Both the position numbers and the translations under genes were made by a program. Positions 43,801 through 58,800 of a stretch of DNA of 64,000 bases are shown piece after piece; the first letter of the stretch is position 1; each line of letters starts with the position of its first letter. Under the pieces are notes generated by a model. That model did no database searches, had not been told where the DNA came from, and worked only from the letters and a program-made list of their open reading frames with translations. Source of the stretch: the human T2T-CHM13v2.0 reference genome, Homo sapiens; the NCBI RefSeq assembly GCF_009914755.1, contig NC_060939.1, one strand, 5' to 3'.

Positions 43801-46800
43801 TCCACTTCGTTCCATTTCATTGCATTCCATTCTATTCAACTCCATTGCCTTCCTTTCCATTCCATTCGATTACATTCCATGCGATTCCATTCGAAATCGA
43901 ATCAATTACATTGCAATCCATTACTATTGAGTCCGTTTTATTCCAGTCCACTGCATTCTGGTCCATTCCATTTGATTCCATTCCAATCTATTCCATTCCA
44001 TACAGTTGCATTCCATTGGATTCCATTCTATATCTATAAATTCAATTCGAGATCATTGCTTTGGAGTCCATTCTATATGATTCCATTCCATTCAAGTCCA
44101 TTACATTTGGTTCAATTCCATTCCATTCCATTCCCTTCCATTCCATTCCAGTTGATATCAATCCATTCGATTCCATTCCATTCGAGCACATTCCATTCGA
44201 GTCCATTCCATTCGATGCCATTCCATTTGATTCTATTCCATTAGTCTCCATTCAAATCCATTAATCTCCATTATATTCCATTCTACTCCAACTGATTCCA
44301 TTCCATTCTATTCCTTTCCATTCCATTTCATTCCATTCCATTCCATTTCATTCCATTCCATTCCATTCGCTTCCATTCCATTCGTGTCCATTCCACTCCA
44401 GTCCATTCCATTAATGTCCATTCCATTCCAGTCCATTCCATTTGTTTCCACTGCATTCCATTCCACTCCATTCCATATTATTCCATTACACTCCATTGCA
44501 TTCTATTACTTTCATTTCCATTCAATTCCATTCCATTTGATTCCATTCCACTCGGTTTCATTCCATTTGAGTCCACTCCATTCCATTCCATTCCATTCCA
44601 TTCAGTTCCATTCCATTCTGTTCCAATCCATTCCATTCCATTGCATTCCATTCCATTCGGTACCATTCCATATTGTTCCATTCGATTCCATTCGAATCCA
44701 TTCCATTCCAGTCCATTCCATTCGATTCCATTCCATTCCTTTACATTCCATTCCATTCCATTCCTTTCCACTTGATTCCACTCCATTCCCTTCCACTGCA
44801 TTCCATTCGATTCCATTCCATTGCATTGCATTCCATTCCATTGGACTGCATTCCATTCGATTCCATTACATTCGAATCAATTACATAGCAATCCATTACA
44901 TTCGAGTCTATTCTATTCCGTTCCATTCGATTTCGTTCCAATCCATTCGATTCCATTCCATTTGATTCCATTCCATACTATTGCATTCCATTCTATTACA
45001 TTATATTCGAATAAGTTCCATTCAAGACCATTTCTTTTGAGTCCATTCTATTTGAGTCCATTCCCTTTGATTCCATAACATTTGAGTCCATTCAATTCCA
45101 TTCCTTTCGTTTCCATTCCATTTGATGCCATTCCATTCAATTCTGTTCTACTCGACTCCAATACATTCAATTCCATTCCATCCGATTCCATTACATTCTT
45201 TTCATTTCTTATCCATTTCAAGCCATTCCACTCCATTCCATTCCACTCGTTTCCTTTCCATTCGAGTCCATTCCTCTCCAGTCCATTCCGTTCAATCCAT
45301 TCCATTCCAGTCCATTCCATTCGAGTCCGTTCCATTCCAGTCCATTCCATTCGAGTCAATTCCATTCCATTCGATGTCTTTCCATAACGATCCATTCCAT
45401 CATATTCCTTTCGATTCCATTCCATTCTATTTCATTCCATTCGATTCCCTTCCATTGGACTCCTTTCCATTCGAGTGCATTCCATTCTGTTGCATTTCTT
45501 TCCGTTCTGTACGATTCCTACCGTTCGATTTCATTTAGTTCCAGTCCATTCCTTTCGCGTCCATTCCATTCCATTTCACTCCATTCGATTCCATTCCACT
45601 CGATTCCACTTCGTTCCATTTCATTGCATTCCATTCTATTCAACTCCATTGCCTTCCTTTCCATTCCATTCGATTACATTCCATGCGATTCCATTCGAAA
45701 TCGAATCAATTACATTGCAATCCATTACTATTGAGTCCGTTTTATTCCAGTCCACTGCATTCTGGTCCATTCCATTTGATTCCATTCCATTCTATTCCAT
45801 TCCATACAGTTGCATTCCATTGGATTCCATTCTATATCTATAAATTCAATTCGAGCTCATTGCTTTGGAGTCCATTCTATATGATTCCATTCCATTGAAG
45901 TCCATTACATTTGGTTCAATTCCATTCCATTCCATTCCCTTCCATTCCATTCCAGTTGATATCAATCCATTCGATTCCATTCCATTCGAGCACATTCCAT
46001 TCGAGTCCATTCCATTCGATGCCTTTCCATTTGATTCTATTCCATTAGTCTCCATTCAATTCCATTAATCTCCATTCCATTCCATTCTACTCCAACTGAT
46101 TCCCTTCCATTCTATTCCTTTCCATTCCATTTCATTCCATTCCATTCCATTCGCTTACATTCCATTCCATTCGCTTCCATTCCATTCGTGTCCATTCCAC
46201 TCCAGTCCATTCCATTCATGTCCATTCCATTCCAGTCCATTCCATTTGTGTCCACTGCATTCCATTCCACTCCATTCCATATTATTCCATTACACTCCAT
46301 TCCATTCTATTACTTTCATTTCCATTCAATTCCATTCCATTTGATTCCATTCCACTCGGTTTCATTCCATTTGAGTCCACTCCATTCCATTCCATTCCAT
46401 TCCATTCAGTTCCATTCCATTCTGTTCCAATCCATTCCATTCCATTGCATTCCATTCCATTCGGTACCATTCCATATTGTTCCATTCGATTCCATTCGAA
46501 TCCATTCCATTCCAGTCCATTCCATTCGATTCCATTCCATTCCTTTACATTCCATTCCATTCCATTCCATTCCACTTGATTCCACTCCATTCCCTTCCAC
46601 TGCATTCCATTCGATTCCATTCCATTGCATTGCATTCCATTCCATTGGACAGCATTCCATTCGATTCCATTCCTTTCGAATCAATTACATAGCAATCCAT
46701 TACATTCGAGTCTATTCTATTCCGTTCCATTCGATTTCGTTCCAATCCATTCGATTCCATTCCATTCGATTCCATTCCATACTATTGCATTCCATTCTAT

Positions 46801-46853
46801 TACATTATATTCGAATAAGTTCCATTCAAGACCATTTCTTTTGAGTCCATTCT
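37834..46853 (+). repeat. Homogenised block of five 1804 bp units (U22-U26)
   Basis: Five consecutive intervals of exactly 1804 bp. All share block-specific variants CAACTCCATTGCCTTCCTTTCC, TCATTGCTTTGGAG, CCAATCCATT and CTTTACATTCC. Confidence 0.93.
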
Positions 46854-49800
46854 ATTTGAGTCCATTCCCTTTGATTCCATAACATTTGAGTCCATTCAAT
46901 TCCATTCCTTTCGTTTCCATTCCATTTGATGCCATTCCATTCAATTCTCTTCTACTCGACTCCAATACATTCAATTCCATTCCATCCGATTCCATTACAT
47001 TCTTTTCATTTCTTATCCATTTCAAGCCATTCCACTCCATTCCATTCCACTCGTTTCCTTTCCATTCGAGTCCATTCCTCTCCAGTCCATTCCGTTCAAT
47101 CCATTCCATTCCAGTCCATTCCATTCGAGTCCGTTCCATTCCAGTCCATTCCATTCGAGTCAATTCCATCCCATTCGATGTCTTTCCATAACGATCCATT
47201 CCATTCTATTCCTTTCGATTCCATTCCATTCTATTTCATTCCATTCGATTCCCTTCCATTGGACTCCTTTCCATTCGAGTGCATTCCATTCCGTTCCATT
47301 TCTTTCCGTTCTGTACGATTCCTACCGTTCGATTTCATTTTGTTCCAGTCCATTCTTTCGCGTCCATTCCATTCCATTTCACTCCATTCGATTCCATTCC
47401 ACTCGATTCCACTTCGTTCCATTTCATTGCATTCCATTCTATTTAACTCTATTGCCTTCCATTCCATTCCATTCGATTACATTCCATGCGATTCCATTCG
47501 AAATCGAATCAATTACATTGCAATCCATTACTATTGAGTCCGTTTTATTCCAGTCCACTGCATTCTGGTCCATTCCATTTGATTCCATTCCATTCTATTC
47601 CATTCCATACAGTTGCATTCCATTGGATTCCATGCTATATCTATAAATTCAATTCGAGACCATTGCTTTTGAGGCCATTCTATATGATTCCATTCCATTC
47701 AAGTCCATTACATTTGGTTAAATTCCATTCCATTCGGTTCAATTCCATTCCATTCCATTCCCTTCCATTCCATTCCAGTTGATATCAATCCATTCGATTC
47801 CATTCCATTCGAGCACATTCCATTCGAGTCCATTCCATTCGATGCCATTCCATTTGATTCTATTCCATTAGTCTCCATTCAATTCCATTAATCTCCATTC
47901 CATTCCATTCTACTCCAACTGATTCCATTCCATTCTATTCCTTTCCAGTCCATTTCATTCCATTCCATTCCATTCCATTCCATTCCATTCCATTCGTGTC
48001 CATTCCACTCCAGTCCATTCCATTCGTATCCATTCCATTCCAGTCCATTCCATTTGTGTCCACTGCATTCCATTCCACTCCATTCCATATTATTCCATTA
48101 CACTCCATTCCATTCTATTACTTTCATTTCCATTCAATTCCATTCCATTTGATTCCATTCCACTCGGTTTCATTCCATTTGAGTCCACTCCATTCCATTC
48201 CATTCCATTCAGTTCCATTCCATTCTGTTCCATTCCATTCCGTTCCATTACATTCCATTCCATTCGGTACCATTCCATATTGTTCCATTCGATTCCATTC
48301 GAATCCATTCCATTCCAGTCCATTCCATTCGATTCCATTCCATTCATTTCAATTCCATTCCATTCCATTCCATTCCATTCCACTTGATTCCTCTCCATTC
48401 CCTTCCACTGCATTCCGTTCGATTCCATTCCATTGCATTGCATTCCATTCCATTGGACTGCATTCCATTCGATTCCATTCCATTCGAATCAATTACATAG
48501 CAATCCATTACATTCGAGTCTATTCTATTCCGTTCCATTCGATTTCGTTCCAATCCATTCGATTCCATTCCATTCGATTCCATTCCATACTATTGCATTC
48601 CATTCTATTACATTATATTCGAATAAGTTCCATTCAAGACCATTTCTTTTGAGTCCATTCTATTTGAGTCCATTCCCTTTGATTCCATAACATTTGAGTC
48701 CATTCAATTCCACTCCTTTCGTTTCCATTCCATTTGATGCCATTCCATTCAATTCTGTTCTACTCGACTCCAATACATTCAATTCCATTCCATCCGATTC
48801 CATTACATTCTTTTCATTTCTTATCCATTTCAAGCCATTCCACTCCATTCCATTCCACTCGTTTCCTTTCCATTCGAGTCCATTCCTCTCCAGTCCATTC
48901 CGTTCAATCCATTCCATTCCAGTCCATTCCATTCGAGTCCGTTCCATTCCAGTCCATTCCATTCGAGTCAATTCCATTCCATTCGATGTCTTTCCATAAC
49001 GATCCATTCCATTCTATTCCTTTCGATTCCATTCCATTCTATTTCATTCCATTCGATTCCCTTCCATTGGACTCCTTTCCATTCGAGTGCATTCCATTCC
49101 GTTCCATTTCTTTCCGTTCTGTACGATTCCTACCGTTCGATTTCATTTTGTTCCAGTCATTTCCTTTCGCGTCCATTCCATTCCTTTTCACTCCATTCGA
49201 TTCCATTCCACTCGATTCCACTTCGTTCCATTTCATTGCATTCCATTCTATTCAACTCTATTGCCTTCCATTCCATTCCATTCGATTACATTCCATGCGA
49301 TTCCATTCGAAATCGAATCAATTACATTGCAATCCATTACTATTGAGTCCGTTTTATTCCAGTCCACTGCATTCTGGTCCATTCCATTTGATTCCATTCC
49401 ATTCTATTCCATTCCATACAGTTGCATTCCATTGGATTCCATGCTATATCTATAAATTCAATTCGAGACCATTGCTTTTGAGTCCATTCTATATGATTCC
49501 ATTCCATTCAAGTCCATTACATTTGGTTAAATTCCATTCCATTCGGTTCAATTCCATTCCATTCCATTCCCTTCCATTCCATTCCAGTTGATATCAATCC
49601 ATTCGATTCCATTCCATTCGAGCACATTCCATTCGAGTCCATTCCATTCGATGCCATTCCATTTGATTCTATTCCATTAGTCTCCATTCAATTCCATTAA
49701 TCTCCATTCCATTCCATTCTACTCCAACTGATTCCATTCCATTCTATTCCTTTCCATTCCATTTCATTCCATTCCATTCCATTCCATTCCATTCCATTCC

Positions 49801-52800
49801 ATTCTTGTCCATTCCACTCCAGTCCATTCCATTCGTGTCCATTCCATTCCAGTCCATTCCATTTGTGTCCACTGCATTCCATTCCACTCCATTCCATATT
49901 ATCCCATTACACTCCATTCCATTCTATTACTTTCATTTCCATTCAATTCCATTCCATTTGATTCCATTCCACTCGGTTTCATTCCATTTGAGTCCACTCC
50001 ATTCCATTCCATTCCATTCCATTCAGTTCCATTCCGTTCTGTTCCATTCCATTCCGTTCCATTACATTCCATTCCATTCGGTACCATTCCATATTGTTCC
50101 ATTCGATTCCATTCGAATCCATTCCATTCCAGTCCATTCCATTCGATTCCATTCCATTCATTTCAATTCCATTCCATTCCATTCCATTACATTCCACTTG
50201 ATTCCTCTCCATTCCCTTCCACTGCATTCCGTTCGATTCCATTCCATTGCATTGCATTCCATTCCATTGGATTGCATTCCATTCGATTCCATTCCATTCG
50301 AATCAATTACATAGCAATCCATTACATTCGAGTCTATTCTCTTCCGTTCCATTCGATTTCGTTCCAATCCATTCGATTCCATTCCATTCGATTCCATTCC
50401 ATACTATTGCATTCCATTCGATTATATTATATTCGAATAAGTTCCATTCAAGACCATTTCTTTTGAGTCCATTCTATTTGAGTCCATTCTCTTTGATTCC
50501 ATAACATTTGAGTCCATTCAATTCCATTCCTTTCGTTTCCATTCCATTTGATGCCATTCCATTCAATTCTGTTCTACTCGACTCCAATACATTCAATTCC
50601 ATTCCTTCCGATTCCATTACATTCTTTTCATTTCTTATCCATTTCAAGCCATTCCACTCCATTCCATTCCACTCGTTTCCTTTCCATTCGAGTCCATTCC
50701 TCTCCAGTCCATTCCGTTCAATCCATTCCATTCCAGTCCATTCCATTCGAGTCCGTTCCATTCCAGTCCATTCCATTCGAGTCAATTCCATTCCATTCGA
50801 TGTCTTTCCATAACGATCCATTCCATTCTATTCCTTTCGATTCCATTCCATTCTATTTCATTCCATTCGATTCCCTTCCATTGGACTCCTTTCCATTCGA
50901 GTGCATTCCATTCCGTTCCATTTCTTTCCGTTCTGTACGATTCCTACCGTTCGATTTCATTTTGTTCCAGTCCATTCTTTCGCGTCCATTCCATTCCATT
51001 TCACTCCATTCGATTCCATTCCACTCGATTCCACTTCGTTCCATTTCATTGCATTCCATTCTATTTAACTCTATTGCCTTCCATTCCATTCCATTCGATT
51101 ACATTCCATGCGATTCCATTCGAAATCGAATCAATTACATTGCAATCCATTACTATTGAGTCCGTTTTATTCCAGTCCACTGCATTCTGGTCCATTCCAT
51201 TTGATTCCATTCCATTCTATTCCATTCCATACAGTTGCATTCCATTGGATTCCATGCTATATCTATAAATTCAATTCGAGACCATTGCTTTTGAGGCCAT
51301 TCTATATGATTCCATTCCATTCAAGTCCATTACATTTGGTTAAATTCCATTCCATTCGGTTCAATTCCATTCCATTCCATTCCCTTCCATTCCATTCCAG
51401 TTGATATCAATCCATTCGATTCCATTCCATTCGAGCACATTCCATTCGAGTCCATTCCATTCGATGCCATTCCATTTGATTCTATTCCATTAGTCTCCAT
51501 TCAATTCCATTAATCTCCATTCCATTCCATTCTACTCCAACTGATTCCATTCCATTCTATTCCTTTCCAGTCCATTTCATTCCATTCCATTCCATTCCAT
51601 TCCATTCCATTCCATTCGTGTCCATTCCACTCCAGTCCATTCCATTCGTATCCATTCCATTCCAGTCCATTCCATTTGTGTCCACTGCATTCCATTCCAC
51701 TCCATTCCATATTATTCCATTACACTCCATTCCATTCTATTACTTTCATTTCCATTCAATTCCATTCCATTTGATTCCATTCCACTCGGTTTCATTCCAT
51801 TTGAGTCCACTCCATTCCATTCCATTCCATTCAGTTCCATTCCATTCTGTTCCATTCCATTCCGTTCCATTACATTCCATTCCATTCGGTACCATTCCAT
51901 ATTGTTCCATTCGATTCCATTCGAATCCATTCCATTCCAGTCCATTCCATTCGATTCCATTCCATTCATTTCAATTCCATTCCATTCCATTCCATTACAT
52001 TCCACTTGATTCCTCTCCATTCCCTTCCACTGCATTCCGTTCGATTCCATTCCATTGCATTGCATTCCATTCCATTGGATTGCATTCGATTCGATTCCAT
52101 TCCATTCGAGTCAATTACATAGCAATCCATTACATTCGAGTCTATTCTCTTCCGTTCCATTCGATTTCGTTCCAATCCATTCGATTCCATTCCATTCGAT
52201 TCCATTCCATACTATTGCATTCCATTCGATTACATTATATTCGAATAAGTTCCATTCAAGACCATTTCTTTTGAGTCCATTCTATTTGAGTCCATTCCCT
52301 TTGATTCCATAACATTTGAGTCCATTCAATTCCATTCCTTTCGTTTCCATTCCATTTGATGCCATTCCATTCAATTCTGTTCTACTCGACTCCAATACAT
52401 TCAATTCCATTCCATCCGATTCCATTACATTCTTTTCATTTCTTATCCATTTCAAGCCATTCCACTCCATTCCATTCCACTCGTTTCCTTTCCATTCGAG
52501 TCCATTCCTCTCCAGTCCATTCCGTTCAATCCATTCCATTCCAGTCCATTCCATTCGAGTCCGTTCCATTCCAGTCCATTCCATTCGAGTCAATTCCATT
52601 CCATTCGATGTCTTTCCATAACGATCCATGCCATTCTATTCCTTTCGATTCCATTCCATTCTATTTCATTCCATTCGATTCCCTTCCATTGGACTCCTTT
52701 CCATTCGAGTGCATTCCATTCCGTTCCATTTCTTTCCGTTCTGTACGATTCCTACCGTTCGATTTCATTTTGTTCCAGTCCATTCTTTCGCGTCCATTCC

Positions 52801-55800
52801 ATTACATTTCACTCCATTCGATTCCATTCCACTCGATTCCACTTCGTTCCATTTCATTGCATTCCATTCTATTCAACTCTATTGCCTTCCATTCCATTCC
52901 ATTCGATTACATTCCATGCGATTCCATTCGAAATCGAATCAATTACATTGCAATCCATTACTATTGAGTCCGTTTTATTCCAGTCCACTGCATTCTGGTC
53001 CATTCCATTTGATTCCATTCCATTCTATTCCATTCCATACAGTTGCATTCCATTGGATTCCATGCTATATCTATAAATTCAATTCGAGACCATTGCTTTT
53101 GAGTCCATTCTATATGATTCCATTCCATTCAAGTCCATTACATTTGGTTCAATTCCATTCCATTCGGTTCAATTCCATTCCATTCAATTCCCTTCCATTC
53201 CATTCCATTTGATATCAATCCATTCGATTCCATTCCATTCGAGCACATTCCATTCGAGTCCATTCCATTCGATGCCATTCCATTTGATTCTATTCCATTA
53301 GTCTCCATTCAATTCCATTAATCTCCATTCCATTCCATTTTACTCCAACTGATTCCATTCCATTCTATTCCTTTCCATTCCATTTCATTCCATTCCATTC
53401 CATTCCATTCCATTCGTGTCCATTCCACTCCAGTCCATTCCATTCGTGTCCATTCCATTCCAGTCCATTCCATTTGTGTCGACTGCATTCCATTCCACTC
53501 CATTCCATATTATTCCAATACACTCCATTCCATTCTATCACTTTCATTTCCATTCAATTCCATTCCATTTGATTCCATTCCACTCGGTTTCATTCCATTT
53601 GAGTCCACTCCATTCCATTCCATTCCATTCCATTCAGTTCCATTCCATTCTGTTCCATTCCATTCCGTTCCATTACATTCCATTCCATTCGGTACCATTC
53701 CATATTGTTCCATTCGATTCCATTCGAATCCATTCCATTCCAGTCCATTCCATTCGATTCCATTCCATTCATTTCAATTCCATTCCATTCCATTCCATTA
53801 CATTCCACTTGATTCCTCTCCATTCCCTTCCACTGCATTCCGTTCGATTCCATTCCATTGCATTGCATTCCATTCCATTGGATTGCATTCCATTCGATTC
53901 CATTCCATTCGAATCAATTACATAGCAATCCATTACATTCGAGTCTATTCTATTCCTTTCCATTCGATTTCGTTCCAATCCATTCGATTCCATTCCATTC
54001 GATTCCATTCCATACTATTGCATTCCATTCGATTACATTATATTCGAATAAGTTCCATTCAAGACCATTTCTTTTGAGTCCATTCTATTTGAGTCCATTC
54101 CCTTTGATTCCATAACATTTGAGTCCATTCAATTCCATTCCTTTCGTTTCCATTCCATTTGATGCCATTCCATTCAATTCTGTTCTACTCGACTCCAATA
54201 CATTCAATTCCATTCCATCCGATTCCATTACATTCTTTTCATTTCTTATCCATTTCAAGCCATTACACTCCATTCCATTCCACTCGTTTCCTTTCCATTC
54301 GAGTCCATTCCTCTCCAGTCCATTCCGTTCAATCCATTCCATTCCAGTCCATTCCATTCGAGTCCGTTCCATTCCAGTCCATTCCATTTGAGTCAATTCC
54401 ATTCCATTCGATGTCTTTCCATAACGATCCATTCCATTCTATTCCTTTCGATTCCATTCCATTCTATTTCATTCCATTCGATTCTCTTCCATTGGACTCC
54501 TTTCCATTCGAGTGCATTCCATTCCTTTCCATTTCTTTCCGTTCTGTACGATTCCTACCGTTCGATTTCATTTTGTTCCAGTCCATTCCTTTCGCGTCCA
54601 TTCCATTCCATTTCACTCCATTCGATTCCATTCCACTCGATTCCACTTCGTTCCATTTCATTGCATTCCATTCTATTCACTCTATTGCCTTCCATTCCAT
54701 TCCATTCGATTACATTCCATGCGATTCCATTCGAAATCGAATCAATTACATTGCAATCCATTACTATTGAGTCCGTTTTATTCCAGTCCACTGCATTCTG
54801 GTCCATTCCATTTGATTCCATTCCATTCTATTCCATTCCATAGAGTTGCATTCCATTGGTTTCCATGCTATATCTATAAATTCAATTCGAGACCATTGCT
54901 TTTGAGTCCATTCTATATGATTCCATTCCATTCAAGTCCATTACATTTGGTTCAATTCCATTCCATTCCATTCCCTTCCATTCCATTCCATTTAATATCA
55001 ATCCATTCGATTCCATTCCATTCGAGCACATTCCATTCGAGTCCATTCCATTCGATGCCATTCCATTTGATTCTATTCCATTAGTCTCCATTCAATTCCA
55101 TTAATCTCCATTCCATTCCATTCTACTCCAACTGATTCCATTCCATTCTATTCCTTTCCATTCCATTTCATTCCATTCCATTCCATTTCATTCCATTCCA
55201 TTCCATTCGTGTCCATTCCACTCCAGTCCATTCCATTCGTGTCCATTCCATTCCAGTCCATTCCAGTTGTGTCCACTGCATTCCATTCCACTCCATTCCA
55301 TATTATTCCATTACACTCCATTCCATTCTATTACTTTCATTTCCCTTCAATTCCATTCCATTTGATTCCATTCCACTCGGTTTCATTCCATTTGAGTCCA
55401 CTCCATTCCATTCCATTCCATTCCATTCAGTTCCATTCCATTCTGTTCCATTCCATTCCGTTCCATTACATTCCATTCCATTCGGTACCATTCCATATTG
55501 TTCCATTCGATTCCATTCGAATCCATTCCATTCCAGTCCATTCCATTCGATTCCATTCCATTCATTTCAATTCCATTCCATTCCATTCCATTACATTCCA
55601 CTTGATTCCTCTCCATTCCCTTCCACTGCATTCCGTTCGATTCCATTCCATTGCATTGCATTCCATTCCATTGGATTGCATTCCATTCGATTCCATTCCA
55701 TTCGAATCAATTACATAGCAATCCATTACATTCGAGTCTATTCTATTCCGTTCCATTCGATTTCGTTCCAATCCATTCGATTCCATTCCATTCGATTCCA

Positions 55801-58800
55801 TTCCATACTATTACATTCCATTCGATTACATTATATTCGAATAAGTTCCATTCAAGACCATTTCTTTTGAGTCCATTCTATTTGAGTCCATTCCCTTTGA
55901 TTCCATAACATTTGAGTCCATTCAATTCCATTCCTTTCGTTTCCATTCCATTTGATGCCATTCCATTCAATTCTGTTCTACTCGACTCCAATACATTCAA
56001 TTCCATTCCATCCGATTCCATTACATTCTTTTCATTTCTTATCCATTTCAAGCCATTCCACTCCATTCCATTCCACTCGTTTCCTTTCCATTCGAGTCCA
56101 TTCCTCTCCAGTCCATTCCGTTCAATCCATTCCATTCCAGTCCATTCCATTCGAGTCCGTTCCATTCCAGTCCATTCCATTCGAGTCAATTCCATCCCAT
56201 TCGATGTCTTTCCATAACGATCCATTCCATTCTATTCCTTTCGATTCCATTCCATTCTATGTCATTCCATTCGATTCCCTTCCATTGGACTCCTTTCCAT
56301 TCGAGTGCATTCCATTCCGTTCCATTTCTTTCCGTTCTGTACGATTCCTACCGTTCGATTTCATTTTGTTCCAGTCCATTCCTTTCGCGTCCATTCCATT
56401 CCATTTCACTCCATTCGATTCCATTCCACTCGATTCCACTTCGTTCCATTTCATTGCATTCCATTCTATTCAACTCTATTGCCTTCCATTCCATTCCATT
56501 CGATTACATTCCATGCGATTCCATTCGAAATCGAATCAATTACATTGCAATCCATTACTATTGAGTCCATTTTATTCCAGTCCACTGCATTCTGGTCCAT
56601 TCCATTTGATTCCATTCCATTCTATTCCATTCCATACAGTTGCATTCCATTGAACTCAATTGTATATCTATAAATTCAATTCGAGACCATTGCTTTTGAG
56701 TCCATTCTATATGATTCCATTCCATTCAAGTCCATTACATTTGGTTCAATTCCATTCCATTCCATTCCCTTCCATTCCATTCCAGTTGATATCAATCCAT
56801 TCGATTCCATTCCATTCGAGCACATTCCATTCGAGTCCATTCCATTCGATGCCATTCCATTTGATTCTATTCCATTAGTCTCCATTCAATTCCATTAATC
56901 TCCATTCCATTCCATTCTACTCCAACTGATTCCATTCCATTCTATTACTTTCCATTCCATTTCATTCCATTCCATTCCATTTCATTCCATTCTATTCCAT
57001 TCCATTCGCTTCCATTCCATTCGTGTCCATTGCATTCCAGTCCATTCCATTTGTGTCCACTGCATTCCATTCCACTCCATTCCATATTATTCCATTACAC
57101 TCCATTCCATTCTATTACTTTCATTTCCATTGAATTCCATTCCATTTGATTCCATTCCACTCGGTTTCATTCCATTTGAGTCCACTCCACTCCATTCCAT
57201 TCCATTCCATTCCATTCAGTTCCATTCCATTCTGTTCCATTCCATTTCGTTCCATTGCATTCCATTCCATTCGGTACCATTCCATATTGTTCCATTCGAT
57301 TCCATTCGAATCCATTCCATTCCAGTCCATTCCATTCGATTCCATTCCATTCCTTTCAATTCCATTCCATTCCATTCCATTCCACTTGATTCCACTCCAT
57401 TCCCTTCCACTGCATTCCATTGCATTGCATTCCATTCCATTGGACTGCATTCCATTCGATTCCATTCCATTCGAATCAATTACATAGCAATCCATTACAT
57501 TCGAGTCTATTCTATTCCTTTCCATTCGATTTCGTTCCAATCCATTCGATTCCATTCCATTCGATTCCATTCCATACTATTGCATTCCATTCGATTACAT
57601 TATATTCGAATAAGTTCCATTCAAGACCATTTCTTTTGAGTCCATTCTATTTGAGTCCATTCCCTTTGATTCCATAACATTTGAGTCCATTCAATTCCAT
57701 TCCTTTCGTTTCCATTCCATTTGATGCCATTCCATTCAATTCTGTTCTACTCGACTCCAATACATTCAATTCCATTCCATCCGATTCCATTACATTCTTT
57801 TCATTTCTTATCCATTTCAAGCCATTCCACTCCATTCCATTCCTCTCGTTTCCTTTCCATTCGAGTCCATTCCTCTCCAGTCCATTCCGTTCAATCCATT
57901 CCATTCCAGTCCATTCCATTCGAGTCCGTTCCATTCCAGTCCATTCCATTTGAGTCAATTCCATTCCATTCGATGTCTTTCCATAACGATCCATTCCATT
58001 CTATTCCTTTCGATTCCATTCCATTCTATTTCATTCCATTCGATTCCCTTCCATTGGACTCCTTTCCATTCGAGTGCATTCCATTCCTTTCCATTTCTTT
58101 CCGTTCTGTACGATTCCTACCGTTCGATTTCATTTTGTTCCAGTCCATTCCTTTCGAGTCCATTCCATTCCATTTCACTCCATTCGATTCCATTCCACTC
58201 GATTCCACTTCGTTCCATTTCATTGCATTCCATTCTATTCACTCTATTGCCTTCCATTCCATTCCATTCGATTACATTCCATGCGATTCCGTTCGAAATC
58301 GAATCAATTACATTGCAATCCATTACTATTGAGTCCGTTTTATTCCAGTCCACTGCATTCTGGTCCATTCCATTTGATTCCATTCCATTCTATTCCATTC
58401 CATACAGTTGCATTCCATTGGTTTCCATGCTATATCTATAAATTCAATTCGAGACCATTGCTTTTGAGTCCATTCTATATGATTCCATTCCATTCATTTC
58501 CATTACATTTGGTTCAATTCCATTCCATTCCATTCCCTTCCATTCCATTCCATTTAATATCAATCCATTCGATTCCATTCCATTCGAGCACATTCCATTC
58601 GAGTCCATTCCATTCGATGCCATTCCATTTGATTCTATTCCATTAGTCTCCATTCAATTCCATTAATCTCCATTCCATTCCATTCTACTCCAACTGATTC
58701 CATTCCATTCTATTCCTTTCCATTCCATTTCATTCCATTCCATTCCATTTCATTCCATTCCATTCCATTCGTGTCCATTCCACTCCAGTCCATTCCATTC

